Source: a bacterium (GTDB lineage: Bacteria > Patescibacteriota > Minisyncoccia > Phycocordibacterales > UBA5272). Taken from it: DNA of 64,000 nucleotides. The stretch is from the NCBI GenBank assembly GCA_023267595.1, contig JAHFNB010000003.1, positions 66,165 through 130,164 of the forward strand, given 5' to 3'. Below, in pieces: positions 29,608 to 39,485 of this stretch (its first letter is position 1; each line of letters starts with the position of its first letter). Below the pieces are notes generated by a model. That model was not told where the DNA came from and did no database searches. It saw only the letters and a program-made list of their open reading frames with translations. The position numbers and the translations under genes were made by a program.

Positions 29608-30378
29608 ATGGCTTACTTTGCTAGAAGAATTGGCTATGGGGCCAACGACGGGGACAATGGTTCATCATTTCTTGCTCTTATAGAACTTGCGAAAAAGAAA
29701 GGAGGAACTGCGATTGCTTTTTTCTTGTATCGATATGTCGTATATTTTGATTCCAAAGACAGAGAAATCACAATGATCCCCTTAGAAGGTCCGAAAAATC
29801 AGGAGGAGGCAAAAGCCTATTTACCTTGGGCCAAGAATAGTAAATTTCCAGGATGGAAAGAAAGTTATTGGCAAAAAACCACAGGATGGCTTTATGCCGT
29901 GGGAGTAGGCGGCGGTTATGGACTATTTAATGAAGGGACATGGGTTCGTGTGGGAATGCCGTCTCCATGGAAAAATCGTCGAAAGAAAAAACCTCTGGAA
30001 GTTGGCAACAATTCTCATTTACTTCGAATTAGCATATCTCTTCTTGCTTCCTTAAAAAAACAAAGAGATGACATTGAATTGCAAATCGGAGACTTAGAAG
30101 TACAAGAAGATGAAGATGGTGTGATCAGTGCTCATTATTTTTCGGAACCAAATATCTTGGGAGGCTATTGGTATATTGAAGTCGAGAACGAAAAACTCTT
30201 CTTTAAACTCAAGGAACAATTTGAAATGTTGCAGCAGGAGGTAGAGGAATTGGAAATGAAAGTTCTCAACCTAACCGATGAACTTCGCTTCAAATTTGCC
30301 AAAGAAAAAAATGTTCCCTACTGGAGACGCGATCCAGAACTCGGACATCTCGTGCGACCAGTTGACATGGTTAACTAA
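29608..30378 (+). CDS. hypothetical protein with C-terminal coiled coil
   Basis: This 256-aa ORF has a heptad-rich C-terminus. I recognise no family. Confidence 0.45.
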   Translation: MAYFARRIGYGANDGDNGSSFLALIELAKKKGGTAIAFFLYRYVVYFDSKDREITMIPLEGPKNQEEAKAYLPWAKNSKFPGWKESYWQKTTGWLYAVGVGGGYGLFNEGTWVRVGMPSPWKNRRKKKPLEVGNNSHLLRISISLLASLKKQRDDIELQIGDLEVQEDEDGVISAHYFSEPNILGGYWYIEVENEKLFFKLKEQFEMLQQEVEELEMKVLNLTDELRFKFAKEKNVPYWRRDPELGHLVRPVDMVN

Positions 30379-30390
30379 CAACGATTCTTT

Positions 30391-30420
30391 GCAGCACTAT
30401 AATCAGTGCTGCTTTTTTAT
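30391..30420 (+). terminator. rho-independent terminator
   Basis: GCAGCACT-ataatc-AGTGCTGC is followed by TTTTTTATTTTT. Confidence 0.6.
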
Positions 30421-30469
30421 TTTTGTAAAACAATATAGCAAAATATAATGTATAGGAATTACCTATGTA

Positions 30470-32263
30470 TTATCTATCTGGTGGGATTTCGTAATAAGAA
30501 ATAAGGAACTTAACTAATTTGAAAAATGGATCTGTTAATGTAGCAGACGCATATTCTGCACCTTTTGGATATGTGTGAAATAAGAAAATAATATATTTTG
30601 GTTCATATGCAGGGAAATATCCAAAAAATGAGTGGAGATATCTATCATCATAATAGCCACCACCTGGCTTTACCATTTGTGCAGTTCCTGTCTTTGCAGC
30701 AATACTATAATGATTCATCTTATAAGCACCATCTTTGAGTGCGGTATCAACAACCGTCACGAGCATACGCGATATTCTTTCACTAGTATCTTTACTAATA
30801 ATCTGTTCACCATCATCTTCTGCAATTTTCTTTGTCTCACCATTTTGATACACAATACTATCAACAACATGTGGCGTCACAAGATATCCTCCATTACCAA
30901 GTGCTGCAAGTGCTCTCACTGTTTGAATAGGAGTAACTGCTATACCCTGACCAAATCCTGCAGTCGCACTATCTACAAAAACATTACTATCCAGATTTTT
31001 TGTAAGACCACTTGCTTCAGATGGTAAATCAATTCCTGTTTCAGATCCTAGACCAAACTTTTTGAAATATTCTTGAAACCTTTTTGCACCAAGTTGCTCA
31101 ACAAGAAATACAATACCAACATTAAGTGATTTACTTAAAATAGTTTGCATTGAAGTATTTGGTCCACGTGCTTTTCCATCAAAATTACGAACTTTATACC
31201 CATTTAAATCTCGAAAACCAGTATCTGTATAGGTGGTTGTTGCTTCATTGATGACCTTAGCATCAATAGCAGATGCCATAGTAATTGGTTTTATAATACT
31301 TCCCATTTCATAGACACCAGAAACATTCTGGTTTAAAAAAACACTAGGGTCTTTTACATTAGAATACACATTTGGGTCAAAGGAAGGTAATCCATCCATA
31401 GCAATAATTGCTCCTGTTGTTGGATCCATAATGATTCCTCCTATGATGTCAGAGTTCCATGTAGCACGAGTTTCAAGAAGTGCATTATGAAGGGCGCGTT
31501 CTGCTTCTGCATCAATAGTAAGAATGATATTTCCTTCTTGTTTATCTTTGTTTGAAATAACTGTTTTTTCTATATCCGTAAAAAGTTCTGCGAAAAAATT
31601 AACCGTCTGGTCACTACTCGTACGTGAAAGTACGTCATCATAATATCGCTCTAGACCATACTGACCTTTTACCCGAGAACCATCATTACCAACAAATCCT
31701 ATAACCTTACTTCCTATTGTCTCTTGTGGATATGCACGTTTATTATCTTTAACAAAACTTACCCCAACAATCTTTTGCGCTTTTATAATTGCTACAGTTT
31801 CACTAGAGATGTCTTTTGCAATTTCTTCATAAGGATCATTTTTCTTTGATGCTTTTTCTAAGAAGATGGTTTTGTCCAATGAAATATACTGAGAGATCTT
31901 TGTATAAACCATATCAGGATTAGTTAGTTGTGTAGGATCAATAGCAATACGATATGTCGTACGAAGTTGTGCTACAGGAACTGGATCTTTCTTAAACTCT
32001 GAAAAAAATACTGTTCCTCTATCAAAACTAATTGGTGTTAATGAAATATATTGTTTATTTGCTAGATCAATATAATAAGAATGTTTAAACCCTTGGATAT
32101 AGAGTGCTCGTACAAGAATAATTCCGACAAAAATAGACCATACAAAAAAGACAAGATGCGCCCTATTCTTTGAGCGCATCTCTTGGTCTTCTGTTGTAAA
32201 ACCAGAATCTCTAGTGTGCATAGAGCACAGTATAACTTGCAATTTGATCTTTGCGTACTGCAA
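30470..32263 (-). CDS. ftsI: class B penicillin-binding protein (FtsI-like transpeptidase)
   Basis: It has an N-terminal transmembrane segment and MGSIIKP (SxxK), SKSLN (SxN-like) and KTGTA motifs. It lies downstream of mraZ-rsmH-ftsL. Confidence 0.8.
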   Translation of the reverse strand: MQYAKIKLQVILCSMHTRDSGFTTEDQEMRSKNRAHLVFFVWSIFVGIILVRALYIQGFKHSYYIDLANKQYISLTPISFDRGTVFFSEFKKDPVPVAQLRTTYRIAIDPTQLTNPDMVYTKISQYISLDKTIFLEKASKKNDPYEEIAKDISSETVAIIKAQKIVGVSFVKDNKRAYPQETIGSKVIGFVGNDGSRVKGQYGLERYYDDVLSRTSSDQTVNFFAELFTDIEKTVISNKDKQEGNIILTIDAEAERALHNALLETRATWNSDIIGGIIMDPTTGAIIAMDGLPSFDPNVYSNVKDPSVFLNQNVSGVYEMGSIIKPITMASAIDAKVINEATTTYTDTGFRDLNGYKVRNFDGKARGPNTSMQTILSKSLNVGIVFLVEQLGAKRFQEYFKKFGLGSETGIDLPSEASGLTKNLDSNVFVDSATAGFGQGIAVTPIQTVRALAALGNGGYLVTPHVVDSIVYQNGETKKIAEDDGEQIISKDTSERISRMLVTVVDTALKDGAYKMNHYSIAAKTGTAQMVKPGGGYYDDRYLHSFFGYFPAYEPKYIIFLFHTYPKGAEYASATLTDPFFKLVKFLISYYEIPPDR

Positions 32264-32528
32264 ATGTCGCGTTATCTATTCGTGTATAATTTTCAGAAGC
32301 AAGCACTGAATCTGTAATAGATGCAACTTTATTTGCATAACTCACTTCAAGTGTAGATAATACAGATGTTGCTTCTCGTGTAGCAAGAGTGTTTTGTTTA
32401 CGTTCAATTACAGAAAAAACAAGAGACAGGAGAATGATACAGTATGCAAGTATAAGAATACTTAATGTTGAAAGAAGTGTGTGTACTGTTTTTTCGTAGA
32501 GTGCTGTTTGTGTGTAATGTGTTTTCAT
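32211..32528 (-). CDS. FtsL-like small bitopic cell-division protein
   Basis: The 105-aa single-TM protein sits between rsmH and ftsI. Confidence 0.4.
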   Translation of the reverse strand: MKTHYTQTALYEKTVHTLLSTLSILILAYCIILLSLVFSVIERKQNTLATREATSVLSTLEVSYANKVASITDSVLASENYTRIDNATFAVRKDQIASYTVLYAH

Positions 32529-32550
32529 ACTGTCTTCTTGTTTATAATGA

Positions 32551-33483
32551 CTATAATTTTTCTACTATTCGTAATTGTGCACTGCGTGCACGTGGGTTTT
32601 TTTCTAATTCTTCTTCACTTGGAATAATTGCTTTTTTATTAATAATTTTTAACGTTTCTTCCTGCGATCGTAATCCTTGTTTTACAATACGATCTTCAGT
32701 ACTATGAAATGTAATAATGCATGCACGTCCTCCTTGTGCAAGTACGTGTGGGAGTGAAGTAAGGAGATCTTTAATACTTCCTATTTCATCATTTACCGCC
32801 ATACGCAATGCTTGGAATGTTTTGGTGGCAAAGTGTGTCTTTCTGTGACGATATGTTACTGGAACAGATGATCCGATAACATCGACTAACTCAGAGGTCG
32901 TTTCAATTGGTTTAATCATTCGGCGATTAATAATTGCACGAGCAATACGACGAGCATATGTTTCATCTGCAAATCCGTACAAAATATCTGCAATGGTTGA
33001 CTCACTCCAAAAGTTAACTATGTCGTACGCGGTCGTTACATCTTCACGTGGGTGTGCATCAAAAGTCATTTGAAGTTTTTCATTTGTTCGAAAAGAAAAC
33101 CCTCTTCCTGAAACTTCTAACTCTTGTGAAGAAATCCCCAAGTCTGCAAGAACACCATCTACATGAGATATTTTTAATTTTTTAAGAATATCCTGTAAGT
33201 GGCGAAAGTTTGCATGAACAAAATGAGTTGTGGGAGCATTCTTTAAGGAACCGATAACTTTTTTTGCATCTGCAAGAGCAGTTTGGTCAAGGTCAATACA
33301 AATGAGTGTTCCCTTTTTACCTATTGCCTTAGCAATCTCTATACTATGACCTGCACGATTTGTCGTGCAATCAACATAAATACCACCTTTTGTAAGAGCC
33401 AATCCTTCTATTGATTCGTGTAAAAGTACAGGGATATGTTGCATATATTTGGTGTTAGAAGTAAGAGACTTAAAGCACAACAA
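32551..33483 (-). CDS. rsmH: 16S rRNA (cytosine1402-N4)-methyltransferase
   Basis: HIPVLLHESIEGL...GGIYVDCTTNRAGHS is an RsmH/MraW signature. Confidence 0.85.
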   Translation of the reverse strand: MLCFKSLTSNTKYMQHIPVLLHESIEGLALTKGGIYVDCTTNRAGHSIEIAKAIGKKGTLICIDLDQTALADAKKVIGSLKNAPTTHFVHANFRHLQDILKKLKISHVDGVLADLGISSQELEVSGRGFSFRTNEKLQMTFDAHPREDVTTAYDIVNFWSESTIADILYGFADETYARRIARAIINRRMIKPIETTSELVDVIGSSVPVTYRHRKTHFATKTFQALRMAVNDEIGSIKDLLTSLPHVLAQGGRACIITFHSTEDRIVKQGLRSQEETLKIINKKAIIPSEEELEKNPRARSAQLRIVEKL

Positions 33484-33499
33484 TGCAATGCATATCTTG

Positions 33500-33934
33500 T
33501 TATATAATTCCTAATTCACTTAACTTTCCTGCTAAGACATCTGCTTCTCCACTTATCTTTGTCGTTAAATGTTTCCAAGCATCTTCGTTCCAGATTTCTA
33601 CACGTGCGTGCATACCTGCTAGAACGATTTTATTTGATAACTTCGCAAATATTTTTAATGTCTCTGGTATAACGATACGTCCTGCTTTATCGACATCAGT
33701 TTCGAATGCATTTCCAAGCATGAAGCGATTAAAGTCCCGTGTATCTTTATTACCAAATGGAGAAAGTGCTAATTTTTCTGCTACCCTTTCCCATTCTTTA
33801 ACTGGAAAAATAAACAATGAATTATCTAGTCCATTGGTGACTACCACTTTCTTTCCCAAATCATTACGCCACTTTGAGGGGAGCGTAAGTCGTTTTTTAG
33901 GATCGAGGTCGTGTGTGTAAGTACCAATTAACAT
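33500..33934 (-). CDS. mraZ: transcriptional regulator MraZ
   Basis: MLIGTYTHDLDPKKRLTLPSKWR is the MraZ N-terminus, with the start taken at the internal Met. It is the first gene of the dcw sub-cluster. Confidence 0.85.
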   Translation of the reverse strand: MLIGTYTHDLDPKKRLTLPSKWRNDLGKKVVVTNGLDNSLFIFPVKEWERVAEKLALSPFGNKDTRDFNRFMLGNAFETDVDKAGRIVIPETLKIFAKLSNKIVLAGMHARVEIWNEDAWKHLTTKISGEADVLAGKLSELGII

Positions 33935-34131
33935 AAAACATAATTGATGAAGAAAAACTCCCACTTTCCTCCACTAACAACCATTATATCCCACTTTGTT
34001 GTCTTTTAACTAGAAAATACCTGTGGATAGCCTAAAATCAGTTAACAGTCTACAGTTAATAGTTTGCAGTAATACCAAAATACACAACTCTTGGTTGTGT
34101 ATTCCGTAAACTGTTGACTGTAGAGTATTAG

Positions 34132-35595
34132 TTATTCTTTCGGTCTTACAAGCGGAAAGAGGTGTACCTCACGAATAGGTTTATCTGCCAAGTATGCAAA
34201 TAATCGTTCACCAAATCCGAAACCACACACTGGTGGCATACCATGTTCTAGCATTTCTACGAAACTATCATCTGCCATCATAGCCTCTTCATCACCTCCT
34301 GCTAACATTTCTTGTTGCTTAGTAAATCGTGCTTTTTGATCTATTGGATCATTTAACTCACTATACCCTTTTCCGATTTCACTACCGGCTAATATTGGTT
34401 GGAATATTTGTGCTGTCCCAAGTTTACTTTTACCATCAGTATTTTCCTTTGCAAGAGGAGCAACAAGTACTGGGTGATTAATTAAAAATGCAGGACCAGA
34501 AATATTCTTACGACAATACTTCCACAAGGTATCCATTAATCGTTCACGATTCTCTCCTGTATAAGTTACTTTCAATTCTTGCAATTTACTTTTTATATCA
34601 TCATCTGTTGCTTTTTTAATATCTATGTTTGTTTGACGAAAAATTTCATCTGTATAGTCAATCTTTTTCCATTCAGAAGATAAATCAAAAGTGTGTCCGC
34701 GCGTTGTAAATACTGTTGTACCAAATACTTCTGTTGCTATTTTCTTATACAATTCTTCAACAAGTATCATGCCCTGTTCGTAGTCTGCGTATGCCATATA
34801 GAACTCACAATTAGTAAACTCTTGTACGTGTTCTGGAGATGATCCTTCATTACGATATACTCGCCCTATTTCAAATGTTCGAGGAAATCCTGCAGCCATA
34901 AGACGCTTCTGCCAAAGTTCTCCAACAGAAATACGCATGAACACATCTAGATCAAAATCATTGTGATGTGTTGCAAATGGCCGTGCTTCTGCACCTCCTG
35001 TTGTAACTTCAAGTGTTGGAGTATCAACTTCAAGAAATTTCTTTTCTTTTAAAAACTCACGTGTTACGTCCCAAAACTTACTTTTCTTTTCAAAGAGTTC
35101 TCGTAACTCTGGGTTAGTCAAAATATCGAGATATCGCTCACGCATACGTAGTTCTTCATCGACAATACCATGATATTTATCAGGAAGCGGGAGTAATGCT
35201 TTTGAAAGCATTGAGATAGCATTTATTAAAATACTTTCCTGACCAGATTTTGTAATAAAAAGTGTTCCTGTTACTTCAATAAAATCCCCGATATCTACAT
35301 AGTGTGTATAAAATGTGTGGGCTATTTCTCCTTCTGGTAATTTTATAACACCTTGTAACTTTGCAGTACCATCATAAAGATCAATAAAGATAAGTGCACC
35401 TTGTCCACGAGATGACATGACACGGCCGGCAATAATTACTTGTACTTCATCTTTTTCAAATCCTGAAAAATTACGAACAACATCTGCTATTTCATGAGTA
35501 CGACGAGAAACACTTGGGTATACATCAACACCCGATGATTGTAATGCCTGTAACTTTTTGAGACGTTCAGAACGTAATTCTTCTAAAGATGCCAT
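34132..35595 (-). CDS. lysS: lysyl-tRNA synthetase (class II)
   Basis: The 487-aa product has an N-terminal OB-fold and class II motifs. Confidence 0.85.
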   Translation of the reverse strand: MASLEELRSERLKKLQALQSSGVDVYPSVSRRTHEIADVVRNFSGFEKDEVQVIIAGRVMSSRGQGALIFIDLYDGTAKLQGVIKLPEGEIAHTFYTHYVDIGDFIEVTGTLFITKSGQESILINAISMLSKALLPLPDKYHGIVDEELRMRERYLDILTNPELRELFEKKSKFWDVTREFLKEKKFLEVDTPTLEVTTGGAEARPFATHHNDFDLDVFMRISVGELWQKRLMAAGFPRTFEIGRVYRNEGSSPEHVQEFTNCEFYMAYADYEQGMILVEELYKKIATEVFGTTVFTTRGHTFDLSSEWKKIDYTDEIFRQTNIDIKKATDDDIKSKLQELKVTYTGENRERLMDTLWKYCRKNISGPAFLINHPVLVAPLAKENTDGKSKLGTAQIFQPILAGSEIGKGYSELNDPIDQKARFTKQQEMLAGGDEEAMMADDSFVEMLEHGMPPVCGFGFGERLFAYLADKPIREVHLFPLVRPKE

Positions 35596-35629
35596 AGAAA
35601 TAGATGTTAGGTTATAGGTTGTAGTTTAT

Positions 35630-35674
35630 AGTAAATACAAATAAATACAAAGCATGACAGTAGGTCATGCTTTG
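35630..35674 (-). terminator. rho-independent terminator after greA
   Basis: CAAAGCATGAC-agtag-GTCATGCTTTG is an 11-bp stem, followed on the minus strand by a T-rich run. Confidence 0.55.
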
Positions 35675-35710
35675 TTCTCTTATCTGTGGTCTACTATCTA
35701 CTGACTGTCC

Positions 35711-36169
35711 CTAGGCTATTTCTTTGATTGTATATACAACATCACCTTTTGGTGTTTGTACTGTTGCTTGATCTCCTTTTTTCTTTCCGAGTAATGCCTT
35801 TCCAAGTGGAGATTCATTTGAAATTTTCCCTGCCATAGAATCTGCCTCTTCACTTCCAACAAGAGTAAACTGACGCTCCTCTTTATCCCCTTTCTTAGTA
35901 ACTTTAATTGTTGCTCCAACCTCTACTACTCCTGTATGATGCTTATCCATAATTACCGCATTTTTAAGAATCTGTTCTAAGTGAACAATTCTTTCTTCTA
36001 TATTTGCTTGGTCTTCACGAGCCTGATGATATTCTGCATTTTCTGATAAATCACCTAGAGATTTTGCATACAAAAGTGCATCGGCTATTTCTTTGCGACG
36101 AATGGTTTTGAGAGTGTTAAGTTCTCCTTCAAGTTCTGTTTTCTTATCTAGTGTTAGGTATTCCATTGG
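35711..36169 (-). CDS. greA: transcription elongation factor GreA
   Basis: MEYLTLDKKTELEGELNTLKTIRRKEIADAL...DLSENAEYHQARE is GreA. Confidence 0.85.
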   Translation of the reverse strand, partial: PMEYLTLDKKTELEGELNTLKTIRRKEIADALLYAKSLGDLSENAEYHQAREDQANIEERIVHLEQILKNAVIMDKHHTGVVEVGATIKVTKKGDKEERQFTLVGSEEADSMAGKISNESPLGKALLGKKKGDQATVQTPKGDVVYTIKEIA

Positions 36170-36282
36170 TTCATAGAATAGCACAGTTTTACTACAGACG
36201 TAATATTGACAATCAAATATAAATATAGTACAATATACAAGTAGGGTGTCCTTTTAATATAATACAAAACAAGGAGAATACT

Positions 36283-36825
36283 GTGGGGAAACTTTATCTC
36301 TTTCTTTTTTCTTTCTGCTTTTCATTCTCTACCTTTGCACAAGTAATTGTGCAGGTAGTGAAATATCAAGTGGAGGACCGTCTCACAAAGAAAATTGTTC
36401 GTTGTGAACAAAACAAGATACTTGATAATGTCATCACAACAACTGATTGCTATACCGGAGATCTCCTCGGTATAACTGAAGAACTACTTGATGGAAAGGT
36501 AATCAAATCAGTACATGTCAACGGTAATGTTGGCATAGTATCCACTGGTACAGCAGTTGACAATCTTCAGCCAGGGATGGTTACTTCAGGAATGATGGCA
36601 TTCGGAACTCAACAAGGGAAGATTGGTGAAATTCCTGTAACTGCACGAGCATGGAGAAAAAACAATGAGATAATTCGTGAAATAATTCTTTCGAATGGAA
36701 AAATTATTTACCGGAACGGTTACACATCAAATAACAAGATTCCCGACTGGAGCGAAGAGATAGAAAGAGAATCTGCTACCTCACGGAGAATTATTTTTTG
36801 GGAGACCGCACGACGGATACAATAA
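36283..36825 (+). CDS. hypothetical secreted protein
   Basis: It has a signal peptide (MGKLYLFLFSFCFSFSTFAQ). I recognise no family. Confidence 0.45.
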   Translation: MGKLYLFLFSFCFSFSTFAQVIVQVVKYQVEDRLTKKIVRCEQNKILDNVITTTDCYTGDLLGITEELLDGKVIKSVHVNGNVGIVSTGTAVDNLQPGMVTSGMMAFGTQQGKIGEIPVTARAWRKNNEIIREIILSNGKIIYRNGYTSNNKIPDWSEEIERESATSRRIIFWETARRIQ

Positions 36826-36843
36826 AACCGTTGTGCAACAAGA

Positions 36844-36874
36844 AGGGCTATGCTATGCATAGCCCTCTTTTATT
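36844..36874. terminator. bidirectional rho-independent terminator
   Basis: AGGGCTATGC-tat-GCATAGCCCT is a perfect 10-bp stem, followed by CTTTTATTT. It lies between convergent genes. Confidence 0.6.
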
Positions 36875-38573
36875 TCGTATATTCTGTATTATCTCGCATC
36901 CATTCAATAGTTTCTTTTGCTGCAAACACGGCACCAAATGGATTATGTCTATCCCCTTTTTCCATAATCACAACGAAAGCATACCTCGGATTTTCATAAG
37001 GGAAATATCCGCTAATCCATGAGTTTACTAATTGTTTACTCACTCCTAATTCTGCAGTACCAGATTTTGCAGCAATAGTTACTCCATAAATATCAAGTGC
37101 TTTTCCTGTACCTCCGTCACCATGTACAACCAACCGCATTCCTTCACGAATAACCTTTAAATCTTTTTCTTTGAGGCTAAGTAGTGCATTCTTCGTAGTT
37201 ATCCCCTCGAGAACATGTGGTGTTACCAATTCTCCACCATTTGCAATTACAGCAACCGCACGCACTAGTTCTAGTGGAGTAAGTTGAAATCCATACTGAC
37301 CAATTGCTGTATGGTATGTATTTCCAACTAACCAATCTTCATTAAAAACTTTTTTCTTCCATGCTTGTGATGGAACAACACCATATTCTTCTCCTGGTAA
37401 ATCAATTCCTGTTGTTGTCCCAAATCCAAACATGGTTGCATATTTATTTATTCTATCTATTCCTAACCCTGCTTGATCTTGGTATCCACCACCTACTTGA
37501 TAAAAATATTCATCAGATGATTCTTCGAGTGCTTTTCTCATGTCAGTATATCCATGTGCTTTCCAATCTTTAAAAATAGTGTCTGGACCACCATATTTAT
37601 TTTTTATTACTAACTGACCAGAACTATAAATATTTTTCTCAGGAGTAATTACCCCTTCCATAAGAGCAGCAATTGCAATAAATGGTTTTACTGTTGACCC
37701 TGGAGTAAATAATCCTCCAATAGCACGATTGAGAAATACATGGCGCTTATCAACTAAGTTTTTTCTTACTTGTGCTTTTTCCTCATCAGTATTTGCATTT
37801 GTCATAATACTATTGTCGTATTCAGGATAACTGGTAATAGCAAGTATTGCTCCAGTATGAACATCCATAATAACCCCTGCACCTCCTGTGAATGATGCTT
37901 TGTGTGCAAGTTCTACAATTCGTTCATACAATTTTGCCTGTACATCTTTATCTATTGTTGTCGTAATATTCTGCCCAGACATTGGTGGAGCAATCACATT
38001 TTCTGCTTCAATTTGATGTAATGCATTAATAGCAATAATTCGTTCGCCAGATAATCCTTGAAGAACAGTTTGATACTGTTTTTCTAACCCATCTTTCCCT
38101 ATATATTCATCTTGCCAAAAAATACCACTATCATCTTTTCTTGGATAACTAACATATCCAAGAAGATGTGAGAATCCTCCTTCTTTAATATATACACGCT
38201 TAGGAATATCAATAGAAGATGTTGCAAGCATATTCCACGCAAGCAATTTTCCGTTTCTATCTGATATAGTTCCGCGCAATGCAAAAAGCGGGATCGTCTT
38301 AAGATGATTCTTATCTGCTTTTTCCGAATATACTTTTTCGTTTATTATTTGCATACTAAATAATCGGTATGTAAATAATGTAATAAGAAGAAAACATCCA
38401 AAGAGTACTATATAAAATATATGCTTTCCTAAGGGACGTTCGAGATGACCCTCCATTTGTTCTATATTTAATTTCGAAAGGTTTTGCGAATCTAGAAAAA
38501 CATCTTCTGGAAGAATTTCATGAGACATCGCCTGCTTAGCGCGACGTGTAAATGTACGACGAAATAAATTCAT
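36870..38573 (-). CDS. mrdA: class B penicillin-binding protein 2 (elongasome transpeptidase)
   Basis: It has an N-terminal transmembrane segment and GSTVKP (SxxK) and KSGTA motifs. It is downstream of mreB-mreC. Confidence 0.8.
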   Translation of the reverse strand: MNLFRRTFTRRAKQAMSHEILPEDVFLDSQNLSKLNIEQMEGHLERPLGKHIFYIVLFGCFLLITLFTYRLFSMQIINEKVYSEKADKNHLKTIPLFALRGTISDRNGKLLAWNMLATSSIDIPKRVYIKEGGFSHLLGYVSYPRKDDSGIFWQDEYIGKDGLEKQYQTVLQGLSGERIIAINALHQIEAENVIAPPMSGQNITTTIDKDVQAKLYERIVELAHKASFTGGAGVIMDVHTGAILAITSYPEYDNSIMTNANTDEEKAQVRKNLVDKRHVFLNRAIGGLFTPGSTVKPFIAIAALMEGVITPEKNIYSSGQLVIKNKYGGPDTIFKDWKAHGYTDMRKALEESSDEYFYQVGGGYQDQAGLGIDRINKYATMFGFGTTTGIDLPGEEYGVVPSQAWKKKVFNEDWLVGNTYHTAIGQYGFQLTPLELVRAVAVIANGGELVTPHVLEGITTKNALLSLKEKDLKVIREGMRLVVHGDGGTGKALDIYGVTIAAKSGTAELGVSKQLVNSWISGYFPYENPRYAFVVIMEKGDRHNPFGAVFAAKETIEWMRDNTEYTK

Positions 38574-38694
38574 ATATAAATACTATACCACAGAGTACAA
38601 GTGTAAAAATTGGGACTCGTGCTACACCAAAAACAATATCACCGTACAGTGCTAAAAGAATAAGTATAAGAAAAATAAATCGACGACGTATCAT
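38536..38694 (-). CDS. tiny single-TM ORF in the position normally occupied by mreD
   Basis: Manual translation gives MIRRRFIFLILILLALYGDIVFGVARVPIFTLVLCGIVFIYEFISSYIYTSR (52 aa). It overlaps the mrdA start and is below the ORF-track cut-off. Confidence 0.2.
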   Translation of the reverse strand: MIRRRFIFLILILLALYGDIVFGVARVPIFTLVLCGIVFIYEFISSYIYTSR

Positions 38695-38699
38695 AAAAC

Positions 38700-39485
38700 T
38701 TATTGATTCATGTAAAATACATTTGAAGTAAGAGGATTATACACCCCACGAACATATACGTACCATGAACTTAGTTGATCATCCCGAGCAATATCAATTA
38801 TCGTACCGAGTATCATTGTTTGATTGCTCTTTAAATAAATTGTATCTCCGATTTCTATTATAGAATCTCGTGGTACTTCAGCAATATATGATCCCCCACC
38901 TGCACCTTGTAAATATAAAGTAAGCGATGAAGATGCAGTTACTCCTTCCACTTTTTGATTAGATGCTGAAAATAGAGTACACAATGATGTACGATTATAT
39001 ACTTCAGTAATACTACACACTGCTTGTCTACCACGTATGTAAACTAATCCATGTTCTACAATACCATCCCTAAAACCTTTTGAAAGAATAATATTCGAAT
39101 ATACGTGAGTTACATCCTGCATAATTGGATACATAACAAGTGTTGATTCTTCATGCACAGTACCACTCTCATGAAGCATAATACTTTCTTTTAAGTGAGC
39201 ATCTTTATCTGCTAACTGATTCTCTAGTCGCTCTATAGTAAGAGAAAGTGTTTTATTTTTTTCTAAGAGACTATTTCGAGATGAGAAATATGAATAAACT
39301 TGAGCAAAAGTATTCGAAAACCATCCCTTAGTTTCTCCATAAGAAACTGTAGCCCCTTCTGTATAAGGATATATGTGTGTGCGGAACACTGGCCAGAAAT
39401 AAATAATACTTGCACATACTATAAAAAAAATACTGTAGTACCAATACTTTCTTTTATTACGTTTTCTATCGGAAAGATATGTCAT
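38700..39485 (-). CDS. mreC: rod shape-determining protein MreC
   Basis: It has an N-terminal transmembrane segment, a coiled coil (LSLTIERLENQLADKDAHLKE) and a beta-rich C-terminus. It lies downstream of mreB. Confidence 0.7.
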   Translation of the reverse strand: MTYLSDRKRNKRKYWYYSIFFIVCASIIYFWPVFRTHIYPYTEGATVSYGETKGWFSNTFAQVYSYFSSRNSLLEKNKTLSLTIERLENQLADKDAHLKESIMLHESGTVHEESTLVMYPIMQDVTHVYSNIILSKGFRDGIVEHGLVYIRGRQAVCSITEVYNRTSLCTLFSASNQKVEGVTASSSLTLYLQGAGGGSYIAEVPRDSIIEIGDTIYLKSNQTMILGTIIDIARDDQLSSWYVYVRGVYNPLTSNVFYMNQ

